Positions 9,373-17,543 of a DNA stretch of 37,683 nt are shown piece after piece. Within the stretch, counting starts at the first letter, position 1. Each line of letters begins with the position of its first letter. Both the position numbers and the translations under genes were made by a program. This stretch comes from Candidatus Iainarchaeum sp. (GTDB lineage: Archaea > Iainarchaeota > Iainarchaeia > Iainarchaeales > Iainarchaeaceae): the NCBI GenBank assembly GCA_043812975.1, contig JBDRLP010000020.1, forward strand, positions 1 to 37,683. Reading direction: 5' to 3'. Under the pieces are notes generated by a model that did no database searches, had not been told where the DNA came from, and saw only the letters and a program-made list of their open reading frames with translations.

Positions 9373-9460
9373 TTGAAATATTTAAAGGTTAATAATCAAC
9401 CTTTTTCTTTTCTTAAAAGAAAAGAAACTTCAACGAAAGAGAAATAGTTATTGTGTTTTT

Positions 9461-9540
9461 AAAAAAGTAAAGAGAAGGAAAAGAGCAGCTCTGAGGTGGG
9501 GGTTTCAGAATAAGTGCTACTCCTCTCTCATCTTTTTTTT
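9461..9540 (-). terminator. Stem-loop plus T-tract downstream of the wHTH gene
   Basis: Minus strand GGAGTAGC/GCTGCTCT and TCTGA/TCAGA stems around an AACCCCCACC loop, followed by pyrimidine and T runs. Confidence 0.45.
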
Positions 9541-9544
9541 AGCC

Positions 9545-10027
9545 CTAGCACTTTGCTAAGTATAACACCTTTCTACCTGATTTTACTTTTTTCAGGTAGC
9601 CTTCTTTGTATAGTTTGTTCAGCCTCTGGCATGCTGCATTAAGGCCTTTGTAGCTCAGCATTGTTTTGATGTCTTTAGCTGTGCATTGTCCCTGTTCTTC
9701 CACTATTTTCAGGATCATCTGGTCCTGTTCCGGAAGAACTTCAAACTGGTTATCCGTACTTGATTCCTGCGTATGGGTTTCAAGGGGGTTCTGGGTTTTC
9801 ATTGAAAACATTATCTTATCATATTTTTCGCTAATGTTTTCTAGTAAGCTATTGGTTTTTTCTTTTTCCTGAATCAACCTGAACATTAAAGCAGCTAAAA
9901 CCTTTGGGTTCTCTGCTTGTTCCATGATTTCGTCTAACTCATTCAACTGCTGAAACTTTGGGCTGATTTTGTCCAGCAATTCTTTTTCTTTGAGGACACC
10001 TTTCATGATTGATTCATGATTGTTCAT
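9545..10027 (-). CDS. Coiled-coil plus C-terminal wHTH DNA-binding protein
   Basis: LPEQDQMILKIV...TAKDIK...AACQRLNKLYKEGYLKKVKSGRKVLY wHTH. Confidence 0.8.
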   Translation of the reverse strand: MNNHESIMKGVLKEKELLDKISPKFQQLNELDEIMEQAENPKVLAALMFRLIQEKEKTNSLLENISEKYDKIMFSMKTQNPLETHTQESSTDNQFEVLPEQDQMILKIVEEQGQCTAKDIKTMLSYKGLNAACQRLNKLYKEGYLKKVKSGRKVLYLAKC

Positions 10028-10067
10028 GTACTATCATGATTGATTCATGATATATAAATACTTTTCG
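10003..10067 (-). promoter_or_regulatory. BRE/TATA promoter with five phased TCATG(A) palindromes
   Basis: Minus strand GCGAAAAG-TATTTATATA (10067-10051), about 25 nt above ATG 10027. TCATGA at 10003, 10014, 10034 and 10045, TCATGT at 10024. Confidence 0.7.
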
Positions 10068-10136
10068 CAATTCGGAACAAAAACCATTTTTCCTCTTTGA
10101 ATTAGCTTTTCAAAGTGTGTTCAGGTTCATTGGAAT
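10066..10136 (+). repeat. 71-bp imperfect direct repeat, copy 1
   Basis: Ungapped match to 25918-25988, 59/71 identical by manual count. Confidence 0.85.
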
Positions 10137-10225
10137 TCTATGTTTGTGCTGATTAATCTTTAGTTCTGTGCAGTTCCCAAAACCCGCATGGATAGGCTTA
10201 TATTTTTTGGAAGTGTAATATCCGC

Positions 10226-11068
10226 ATGAAAGGGAAATTATTGTTTATTACAGGGACTGCTGTATTGGTGCTGTTGAGTGGGTGTGCCATGCCTGCAGGA
10301 ATAATAGAGGATATTCTTCCACCTGGGCTAGCACCGCCTTCTGAAGCTGAGTTTACACAGCAGTGTGGTGAGCGGGGTGGAGAGGTATGCAGTGCAGATG
10401 AAGTCTGCAGGGGTTCAGTAACGTGGTCTGTTGGTTCGCCATTAGGCAGTTATTCCTGCTGCAATATGACTTGCGGGGAAATAACAGAAGATGATGAATG
10501 CCGAACCAGGGAAGACTGTGACGACGGGAATTCCTCTACAGGAGACCGGTGTACTGGTAATCCGATGAAGTGCGTCCATTTCCCGCAAAACTGCAGCGGC
10601 GAGGGTTTTACAAAAATTTGTACTGGTGCCCCCCGGGAATATGTGCGCAGCACTGGAGGAGAAGAAGAATTCCGGGAAAATGTTGGACCCCCGGAAGTGG
10701 ATTCTTGTGCAGAAGTTACTTGTCCAGAGAACCAAAGATGTTCTGGCGGGGAATGTATGCCGATTATAGTGGATACTAGAGCTACAATGCCTTGTGGAGA
10801 GCAGGGAGGAAACATATGCAGTATAAATGAAGTTTGCAGGGGTTCAGTAAGCAGGGCTTCTAATTCAGATTACTGTTGTAGTACGGCTTGTGAGGAAATA
10901 ATCGAAGATGAATGTCAAACAATTACAACTAATCCTTATATGACGGAAGAGTGTGACGATGGAGATTCCTCTACAGTAGACTATTGTAGTGGTACTCCAA
11001 AGAGATGCATCCATATCTTAAAAATCTGCAGCGGGGCTTATTGTACTGCTCCTCATCCGCCTATTTAA
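10226..11068 (+). CDS. Cys-rich surface lipoprotein with internal tandem domain duplication
   Basis: Lipobox LSGC; the module CGE.GG..CS..EVCRGSV...CC...C.EI.EDEC...CDDG.SST.D.C.G.P..C.H occurs twice. Confidence 0.8.
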   Translation: MKGKLLFITGTAVLVLLSGCAMPAGIIEDILPPGLAPPSEAEFTQQCGERGGEVCSADEVCRGSVTWSVGSPLGSYSCCNMTCGEITEDDECRTREDCDDGNSSTGDRCTGNPMKCVHFPQNCSGEGFTKICTGAPREYVRSTGGEEEFRENVGPPEVDSCAEVTCPENQRCSGGECMPIIVDTRATMPCGEQGGNICSINEVCRGSVSRASNSDYCCSTACEEIIEDECQTITTNPYMTEECDDGDSSTVDYCSGTPKRCIHILKICSGAYCTAPHPPI

Positions 11069-11099
11069 TTTGGTTCTTAAAATGATTTTTTGCCCTCAG

Positions 11100-11125
11100 T
11101 AGGCGTTAACCTCATCATTGCCTAT
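11100..11125 (+). repeat. attL-like tyrosine-recombinase site (site 1)
   Basis: TAGGCGTTAA-CCTCA-TCATTGCCTA with dyad arms; 11107-11125 is identical to 23329-23347. Confidence 0.85.
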
Positions 11126-11162
11126 TAGACAATATAGAAGATAAATGATTTAAGCATTGGGT

Positions 11163-12290
11163 TTATCTTTTTCTTTCTATTATTAGATGACCTGGTGCCC
11201 AGCCAAAATCAGCCCCACTCCAGCTCACAATTTGAACATCAAACTGTGGGGATTTCCTCAGTTTCGCTATTTCGTTGCACCAGGCCAAATTTTGTCTTGC
11301 TCCAGAGCCATAGCGTTCTATACCTTGCTTTATTTTTGCATCTACTTGGGCATCAGTCAAAGTTTGTTTATCTACTGCTGCACCTTCCTTGATTATCTGC
11401 TTGGCTCCTTGTGAAGGCTTTGCCTTTGAATAACGAGCAAAGAATTCAGTTAGCCTGCTTCGCAGTTCACGTGCCCACACGGTTCTGCCACCGTGCCATT
11501 GAAGATAAGCTTTTCCACCAGGCGCCAAAGATTGGGCAATGTTCTGCAGCGCAATATTGGGAAATAGTGAATATTCCAAGGTCCTGTTTGATACAATCAC
11601 ATCAAATCTTCTACGGAATTCTTTTGGCATGCGTTCAGCTACAAGCATATGATAAGCGTCTACTCTTTGTTTGGGCATATCATCCGGAGAAAGTGCATGG
11701 GTTTCAACCTTGTCTCCCATCTTTGACTTAAGTTCTGCAAGCATTTTGCCTGTCATTGATCCAACATCCAAAACTTGGATTCTGGATCCTTTTCTTTTAT
11801 AAGCTTCTCTTGCGCGCTTTAAGATATCGAAGGAATATTCCTCTAGGCCTCGACAACCATAACCACCCAAGCCTTTCCCGGTTGTTATGCGACCTTCGGT
11901 GTACCTGATTCTGGTTTTATCAAACCTTTTTCCTTCAGAATACAGTTTTCTTATTGTCTGCCTTGTCATTCGCTGGCTTTCGTCTCCAAAACCTACGCTT
12001 CTTCTTGCTTGTCCTGATAGCATCATTGAGGCATATTTAATATGGTCCGCCGTAGTATTCTGAACAGACATTCTAACGTAAGACCTTAGTAAAGAACTCT
12101 CAGCGGCAGTTAATGAGGTTAAAGGAGCAAACCCAAACATTTTTCCAACATTGCGCCTTACTTCTCTTGGCGAAATAGAGAACTTTTTTCTCGCTTGTTT
12201 TCTACCAAGTTCTTTCAGCAACTTCCTTCTTTGCTGGGGCCCTTGAACTGGGGAATATTGTCTTGTCTTTCTTTGAGATTTTCCCGCCAT
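11163..12290 (-). CDS. Class I SAM-dependent methyltransferase with basic N-terminal extension
   Basis: VLDVGSMTG (motif I), RFDVIVS and LAPGGKAYL motifs; Arg/Lys-rich N-terminal third. Confidence 0.8.
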   Translation of the reverse strand: MAGKSQRKTRQYSPVQGPQQRRKLLKELGRKQARKKFSISPREVRRNVGKMFGFAPLTSLTAAESSLLRSYVRMSVQNTTADHIKYASMMLSGQARRSVGFGDESQRMTRQTIRKLYSEGKRFDKTRIRYTEGRITTGKGLGGYGCRGLEEYSFDILKRAREAYKRKGSRIQVLDVGSMTGKMLAELKSKMGDKVETHALSPDDMPKQRVDAYHMLVAERMPKEFRRRFDVIVSNRTLEYSLFPNIALQNIAQSLAPGGKAYLQWHGGRTVWARELRSRLTEFFARYSKAKPSQGAKQIIKEGAAVDKQTLTDAQVDAKIKQGIERYGSGARQNLAWCNEIAKLRKSPQFDVQIVSWSGADFGWAPGHLIIERKR

Positions 12291-12350
12291 ATCAATTAAA
12301 TGGTGCTTTTAATATTTAAATAGCATTCTGCTTGCTTTTATTTCTCTACG

Positions 12351-12494
12351 TTATCTCTTTTTCTTTTCCCAAGAGTCAGCTAAGCGGATTATCACAGAAT
12401 CGTAAGTGTCTCTCATTCCGCTGCTGAGAGAAACTAGTCTGTCACGAGTACTCTTTTTAAGTTCAATAGTTGTGTAACCTTTTCTGCCTGGCAT
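12351..12494 (-). CDS. 47-aa ribbon-helix-helix/antitoxin-like DNA-binding protein
   Basis: Manual translation: MPGRKGYTTIELKKSTRDRLVSLSSGMRDTYDSVIIRLADSWEKKKR. TTI...TR..L...TYD.VI.RL is a common archaeal RHH-like pattern. Confidence 0.7.
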   Translation of the reverse strand: MPGRKGYTTIELKKSTRDRLVSLSSGMRDTYDSVIIRLADSWEKKKR

Positions 12495-12585
12495 TTTTCT
12501 CATCTTCCATAGAAGTTAGTGGAGTTCATAGGAAAACTGTAATAACTATTTATACTATAAAGTATTTATTTGTTTCCTATGCCTT

Positions 12586-13573
12586 GGCGGTGTAGAAATC
12601 CCTAGCAGTATATAAATAACCACAATTTTATTGTTCTGCCAATCTGCTCTAAGTTGTAGGCTATTGCTTTGATTGTTACCTGCTTCTGCTGGTTGTCTGC
12701 TCTGCGAGAGCAGACATAAGAGCCAAGCGTACGTTTGATAGCAGAGTTAACGCTTTCAATCAGGCTTCTGTAGTTGTATTTGTTTTTGTCAAACAGTTTG
12801 GCTGCTTTTTTGCGGTATTTGCTTTTAAGAAACGGCTTTAGGCCAAAGCCTTGCCTATGTTGTTTCCATTCTCTAACCGGAATATGGACTTCGATACCGT
12901 TATCCCAACAGTAACGCCTGTTAGCTTTGCTGTCATAACCTTTGTCTGCAAGAATACAGGACAGACAGTTCTTCAGTTCTCTAACTAGGGGAATAAAGTC
13001 TAGTGTTTCACTCCGATGGTCTGAATGAGTTCTCACGTTCAGAATAAGCTTGGTCTTATTATCGGTCAAAAACACTGTTTTGGTGTAGTTTTTGACTCTT
13101 ACGCCGTCTATTCGTTTGAGGTAGTGGTGTGAGGGGTTAGTGTTTGAGAAGCCTGTTCCGTCAACACTGCCTGTAACATCTTTTAGGTTTAATAGTTTTC
13201 TGCAGGCTCTAACCATCTTCTCAAGCAACGCCTTAGGGGTGCGTTGCACAAACTTTTGAAGGGTAGTGAAGTGAGGGATTCGTTTGATGAACAGCATGCG
13301 TTTGATGTTGTTCTCTTCACAAATCTCAACAAAGCGACGGTATGCTACGTTCAGTTTCTCCCTGTAGCAAATCAAGAACGCCAGCTTGACGTTGCCATAC
13401 ATCTTTTTGGAAAAGTTAGAGTTTGTATTCTTGACTCCAGATAGCTCACAAAGCCTCTCAACTGACTGATAGAAAGTATTAAGTTTAACAGGATACATAT
13501 TCAAATTGATCACCGATAAATAGGAGGCACAACCTCCTATTTATCACTATTTATAAAGGATTTCTACAGAGCC
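12586..13573 (-). mobile_element. IS5-family insertion sequence (IS903-like ends), 988 bp
   Basis: TIRs GGCGGTGTAGAAATCC (12586-12601) and the reverse complement GGCTCTGTAGAAATCC (13558-13573), 14/16 identical; 9-bp TSD CTATGCCTT at 12577-12585 and 13574-13582. Confidence 0.9.
12602..13513 (-). CDS. IS5-family DDE transposase
   Basis: IPHFTTL, VDGTGF, LADKGYDS and YNYRSLIESVNSAIKR (DDE triad and YREK-like signature). Confidence 0.92.
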   Translation of the reverse strand: MINLNMYPVKLNTFYQSVERLCELSGVKNTNSNFSKKMYGNVKLAFLICYREKLNVAYRRFVEICEENNIKRMLFIKRIPHFTTLQKFVQRTPKALLEKMVRACRKLLNLKDVTGSVDGTGFSNTNPSHHYLKRIDGVRVKNYTKTVFLTDNKTKLILNVRTHSDHRSETLDFIPLVRELKNCLSCILADKGYDSKANRRYCWDNGIEVHIPVREWKQHRQGFGLKPFLKSKYRKKAAKLFDKNKYNYRSLIESVNSAIKRTLGSYVCSRRADNQQKQVTIKAIAYNLEQIGRTIKLWLFIYC

Positions 13574-14221
13574 CTATGCCTTTTTTCGTTCTTCCAGCCT
13601 GTTAGCGAGAGCGTGGAGCGTGTATTTGTTCATTCTCAACGGCTTGTTTTTATTGGTCTTTTCATCTTTGGTCTGGAAGATAGAATCAAGTTTGAGCAGG
13701 GCTGCTTCCGGGTGTAAGAATTGGCCTATCATTACCTGCAGGAATGCGTTTTCATCCTCGGTTTTGTTTTTTATGCTCATTAAATAGTGTGCTACTGCGG
13801 ACTGAAAGATTTCGACTATCCCAAACAGGTTGATTTCTTTTAAAAGAAAAGTTTTTCCTCTGAAATAATATTCTGCGAAACCGGGCAGAAATTTCTCAGC
13901 AAAGGGAATAAAGACCCATTTTCCGGATCCTGCGTGTTCCATTTTTCCGTTCCTTATTGTTAGCGAATTGAATTCTATGAAATTAGGTGAATAGATGTAA
14001 GGATTTATGCGGCTTTTTGGCCTATCTGGGTTTTTTGGTTCTCTTGTGATTAGGTTACAATCATTATCCATCAGTTGCATTAAGTAGAGTTGCAGAGTAT
14101 TATATTCTATTTTCAAATGTTTAGCAATGTCGCTTAGCGTCCAATTCCCATTACAGATTGAAAGGAACACGCGCGCCATTCTGTGGCTTTTGTACACTTT
14201 TTTAACTTGCCTTTGAGTCAT
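13574..14221 (-). CDS. wHTH repressor-like protein of the element
   Basis: N-terminal WTLSDIAKHLKIEYNTLQLYLMQL HTH; divergent from an RHH gene. Confidence 0.65.
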   Translation of the reverse strand: MTQRQVKKVYKSHRMARVFLSICNGNWTLSDIAKHLKIEYNTLQLYLMQLMDNDCNLITREPKNPDRPKSRINPYIYSPNFIEFNSLTIRNGKMEHAGSGKWVFIPFAEKFLPGFAEYYFRGKTFLLKEINLFGIVEIFQSAVAHYLMSIKNKTEDENAFLQVMIGQFLHPEAALLKLDSIFQTKDEKTNKNKPLRMNKYTLHALANRLEERKKA

Positions 14222-14291
14222 AGTAAGTCATATCTAACAAAATGCATATAAATAGATAGCATTATTTGAATGTAGTTCTAATTACTTGTAT

Positions 14292-14474
14292 ATGAGCAAT
14301 GCGAAGCAAGTTACAATCACACTGCCAGCCGAGCTAGTGGAAGAATTCAAAGCCTACAAAGCAGCCACCGGCACAAGCTTGTCCGGGCTTTTGCGAGTTT
14401 TATTGAGAGAAAAACTTCGCAGTAGTCAGGGCCAGAGCTTGCTTCAAAAAAATTCAACTACGTCGGAGGGATGA
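14292..14474 (+). CDS. CopG/RHH DNA-binding protein
   Basis: KQVTITLPAELVEEFKAY...SLSGLLRVLLREKL. Confidence 0.8.
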   Translation: MSNAKQVTITLPAELVEEFKAYKAATGTSLSGLLRVLLREKLRSSQGQSLLQKNSTTSEG

Positions 14475-14776
14475 GAATGAAACTACTGAGCAAAAAATTG
14501 TTTCCATTGAAGAACGGCAACCTTTTTGCCATGCTCGAAGTCCAGGGCCGGCAGGGAGACAGAATCAAACTGTCAGAGCAAGGAATTTCAGGACAAGTGA
14601 TTTTCTATAGCGAGGCCCCGAAGAGAAAGTTCAACTGTGTGAATTGCCCAAACGAGGGGGAAATCGAACTGGGCGGCAGCGAGAAGGAAGGCGAGAGAAC
14701 GCTTTATTTGATTGTAGGAAAGAGCGAGGATGGAACGAATGAAGGGGAACGAACTGCGTCATCTGTGCGGAGCTAA
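14471..14776 (+). CDS. Hypothetical protein
   Basis: ATGA coupling to the RHH gene, GGAGG RBS, one CxxC. Confidence 0.55.
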   Translation: MRMKLLSKKLFPLKNGNLFAMLEVQGRQGDRIKLSEQGISGQVIFYSEAPKRKFNCVNCPNEGEIELGGSEKEGERTLYLIVGKSEDGTNEGERTASSVRS

Positions 14777-14945
14777 CTGCACTGTCTGGGTTAATGTCGG
14801 GCGAGAGCAGCCCTTCCACTACACTGGAAGAGTTGTGGACGTTACGGATTCCCTGCTTGTTCTTGTTGACAAAAAGACCGGCCAGAGAATGAATTTCGCC
14901 TTTGCCACCATTGTCAGCATCACGGAGTTGGGTGGTCGGCAGTGA
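14730..14945 (+). CDS. Small Sm/LSm-like beta-barrel protein
   Basis: LRHLCGANCTVWV...YTGRVVDVTDSLLVL...FAFATIVSITE resembles Sm1/Sm2 strand patterns. Confidence 0.55.
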   Translation: MERMKGNELRHLCGANCTVWVNVGREQPFHYTGRVVDVTDSLLVLVDKKTGQRMNFAFATIVSITELGGRQ

Positions 14946-15505
14946 ACTGCGAAAACATTAAGTTTATGAGTAGAAAGACCAAGCTGGCCCAAGTTGATTC
15001 TTTTATGAAGCTAAACAGAGAGGTCTTTGAAAAGAATGATAAGTTGTTGAAAGGCATTAAAACAATGATTAGCGGAGTAGCTCTTACTGATGTAGAAAAG
15101 GAGGCAGACAGGCTCTATGAGCTCATCAAAAAAGAGCGAAAAATTGCATCAATAAAAATACCCGGCCTTTATGACCGAAATTACACGAAGAGACTGTTCA
15201 CAGCGCTTGTTCAAAGGCATTCCGACGTAAAAACAAGGGAAGTGCAAAGAAGAGGAGATAGGAAAAAAATTATTGAGGCATGGCTTGGCGAAGAACCAAA
15301 AGAAAAATTTGCGGACGCAATTGAAGACAGTCTGGAAGCCAAGCTCAAGAAAATCATGGAAGGCTATGTAACAAAACCGCAAATAGCCCAAGCAACGAAC
15401 ATAAGTCTTGAGGAAGCTCAAAAACTAATTAGCAAACTTGTGGCCGAAAAGAAAATAATGCAAAACCCAGAAGGAAACGGCACATTCAAGTGGGTGGAGG
15501 GATAA
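14942..15505 (+). CDS. Helical protein with C-terminal wHTH (possible replication or DNA-binding factor)
   Basis: VTKPQIAQATNISLEEAQKLISKLVAEKKIMQ...GTFKWV; GTGA coupling to the upstream gene. Confidence 0.65.
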   Translation: MNCENIKFMSRKTKLAQVDSFMKLNREVFEKNDKLLKGIKTMISGVALTDVEKEADRLYELIKKERKIASIKIPGLYDRNYTKRLFTALVQRHSDVKTREVQRRGDRKKIIEAWLGEEPKEKFADAIEDSLEAKLKKIMEGYVTKPQIAQATNISLEEAQKLISKLVAEKKIMQNPEGNGTFKWVEG

Positions 15506-15584
15506 AGGATGTCAAGCTATCAAAGACACCTTGACAAGAAGAGCGGGAAAAAAGAGAGCAAAGGAAAGGAAGTATGTGATATCA

Positions 15585-15650
15585 AGGTAGGTTCCCCTAC
15601 CTACCTATACCTACCTTTACAAACTCCTACTATACTACTCCCTAACCTGT
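15585..15650. repeat. CCTAC/TACCTACCT repeat tract (candidate ori or pac region)
   Basis: AGGTAGG-ttcc-CCTACCT palindrome; TACCTACCT at 15598 and 15608; further CTAC copies to about 15640. Confidence 0.55.
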
Positions 15651-15850
15651 CGGGCTATACTGCATACCTTGACAACCACCAACTGAACAGCCAACAGAGA
15701 AAAAGGGCCACTTATCTGCCTGCTGGGAAGCAATTTTTTTCGCAGGAGGGGATTTTTTGAGTAGAGAGGAAAGGATATTGAAAGCCTATGGCTTCCAGTG
15801 GTATTTGGATTTGAAAAGGGAACTTAAGGCAAAAAGAGAGGGGGGATTCG

Positions 15851-16339
15851 ATGGGCAAATGGAAAGGTAGTAAAAAGGATCGACATCAGTTGACGGTTGA
15901 AGACAGGCGAAAGGGCGGCCAGGCTACTACTGAAAGAAAGAAGAAAGCAAATGCGATGAGGTCCTTGAAGACAGGCAAGTATGCGAAGACCTTGGAAGGC
16001 TTTGAGTTCTGCGACAGTTGTCCTTACAAGAATAGCTGCATGGCCTATAAGCCAGGGCGAGCTTGCCCTCTCAGGCACGAGATTTTGAAGCAGATGAACC
16101 TGATTGTGGGGCCAGATGGAGCGCAGGCCTGGCTGAATGTGGTTTTGCGAAGCATGCAGGACCTGTTTATTTTGAGTAAAACAGCTCCAGATCCGAGGCT
16201 TGCCATGGAAAGATACGTAAAGCTGTGGTTGGAATTCGGGAAAATTATGTTCCCGCAAAGGATCAAGATTAGCGGCGAGGATAAGGAAATTAAAGTAATA
16301 TTTGGCGAGGAAGATGAAGATGACAGTAGTGAGGATTAA
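15851..16339 (+). CDS. Putative terminase small subunit
   Basis: Overlaps the TerL start; KGG...NAMRSLKTGKYAK motif, CxxCPxxxxC, helical middle and C-terminal beta strand (KISGEDKEIKVIFG). Confidence 0.6.
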   Translation: MGKWKGSKKDRHQLTVEDRRKGGQATTERKKKANAMRSLKTGKYAKTLEGFEFCDSCPYKNSCMAYKPGRACPLRHEILKQMNLIVGPDGAQAWLNVVLRSMQDLFILSKTAPDPRLAMERYVKLWLEFGKIMFPQRIKISGEDKEIKVIFGEEDEDDSSED

Positions 16340-17543
16340 ATTTCAAGCCCATCCAAAGCAGCAGCAGGTAATCGATTCCCATGCACGGTTCCGATTGCTT
16401 GCAGCTGGCAGAAGGTTTGGAAAAAGTTATCTGGCTTCTGCTGAGGCCATTCGCTTCGCTTTGAAAGAGAAGAGGCAGACGGTTTGGTGCGTTAGCCCAA
16501 TTTATGCGCAGACTCGAAAGCTGTGGAGAATTATCCTGCATCTTTTGCCTTACAAGCTGATTCGGAACGTGAACAGGAGCGAGCTGGCAATAGAGCTAAT
16601 CAACGGCAGTGTTATTTGGTTTAAGTCAGCAGATAATCCTGATAGCCTTAGGGGCGAAGGAATTGATTTTCTGATTTTGGATGAGGCTGCGCTGGTCAAG
16701 AGGGAAAGCTGGGAAGCAGCTCTTAGACCCGCTTTGTCGGACACACAGGGATTGGCATTGTTTATTTCTACTCCTAATTCCTTCAATTGGTTTCACGAGC
16801 TCTACGTCCTGGGCCAGCTGCCAGAGGAAAACGAAATCGAGTCCTGGCAGTTTCCTACAAGCGATTCCCCTTTTATTGATGCTGAGGAAATTAAGAAGGC
16901 TGAGAAGAGCCTGCCACAGATTGTTTTCAGGCAAGAGTATTTGGCTGAGTTCATCGATGAAGCAGGAAGCGTATTCAGGGGAGTTAACGAATGTATTAGT
17001 GGCGAGTTAGAGGGGCCTGATGAAAAAAAGGAGTATGTGATGGGCGCGGATCTGGCCAAGCACCAGGACTTTAGCGTGCTGGTTGTAATGGATGTGGAGA
17101 CAAAGCATGTTGTGGCCTTTCAGAGATTCAATCAGCTGTCCTGGGAGTTTCAGAAATCAAAGATTGTTGCCCTGAGCAAGAAATACCGTAATACAAGAAT
17201 AGTCTTGGATTCAAGCGGAGTGGGCGATCCGATTTATGACGACCTCAGCAGGCAGGATATAGATATTGAATCCTTTAAGTTCACGAACGAATCAAAGGCC
17301 AAACTAATCGAATCGCTTTCGATTGCGATAGAGCAAAAGGAGTTGACATTTCCAAAGATCTCAGAGCTGGTCAATGAGCTGCACGCATTTGGATTTGAGG
17401 TGCTACCTTCAGGCAGAATGCGGTACTGTGCGCCCGGGCACTTGCACGACGACTGTGTTATTGCGCTTGCTCTGGCTTGGAAGGAATGCAAGGACTACCG
17501 CTATGTTGATCCCGAGTACCCAGGGGGCTATCCGATTTACTGA
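16320..17543 (+). CDS. terL: Terminase large subunit
   Basis: HPKQ, Walker A AAGRRFGKS, LRGEGIDFLILDEAA Walker B, ISTP coupling motif, FRQEYLAEF; nuclease GADLAKHQD, LDSSGVG and HDDCVIALALA. Confidence 0.93.
   Translation: MTVVRIKFQAHPKQQQVIDSHARFRLLAAGRRFGKSYLASAEAIRFALKEKRQTVWCVSPIYAQTRKLWRIILHLLPYKLIRNVNRSELAIELINGSVIWFKSADNPDSLRGEGIDFLILDEAALVKRESWEAALRPALSDTQGLALFISTPNSFNWFHELYVLGQLPEENEIESWQFPTSDSPFIDAEEIKKAEKSLPQIVFRQEYLAEFIDEAGSVFRGVNECISGELEGPDEKKEYVMGADLAKHQDFSVLVVMDVETKHVVAFQRFNQLSWEFQKSKIVALSKKYRNTRIVLDSSGVGDPIYDDLSRQDIDIESFKFTNESKAKLIESLSIAIEQKELTFPKISELVNELHAFGFEVLPSGRMRYCAPGHLHDDCVIALALAWKECKDYRYVDPEYPGGYPIY

Noticed and set aside
11049..11065. CCTCATCCGCCTATT at the end of the Cys-rich lipoprotein gene as a fourth att site
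   Set aside because: It needs a 2-nt deletion and lacks the left arm; a decayed site cannot be excluded but is unsupported.
15509..15760. 83-aa ORF as a real gene
   Set aside because: Its middle is translated repeat DNA (PTYLYLPLQTPT); it may be real but is not supportable.
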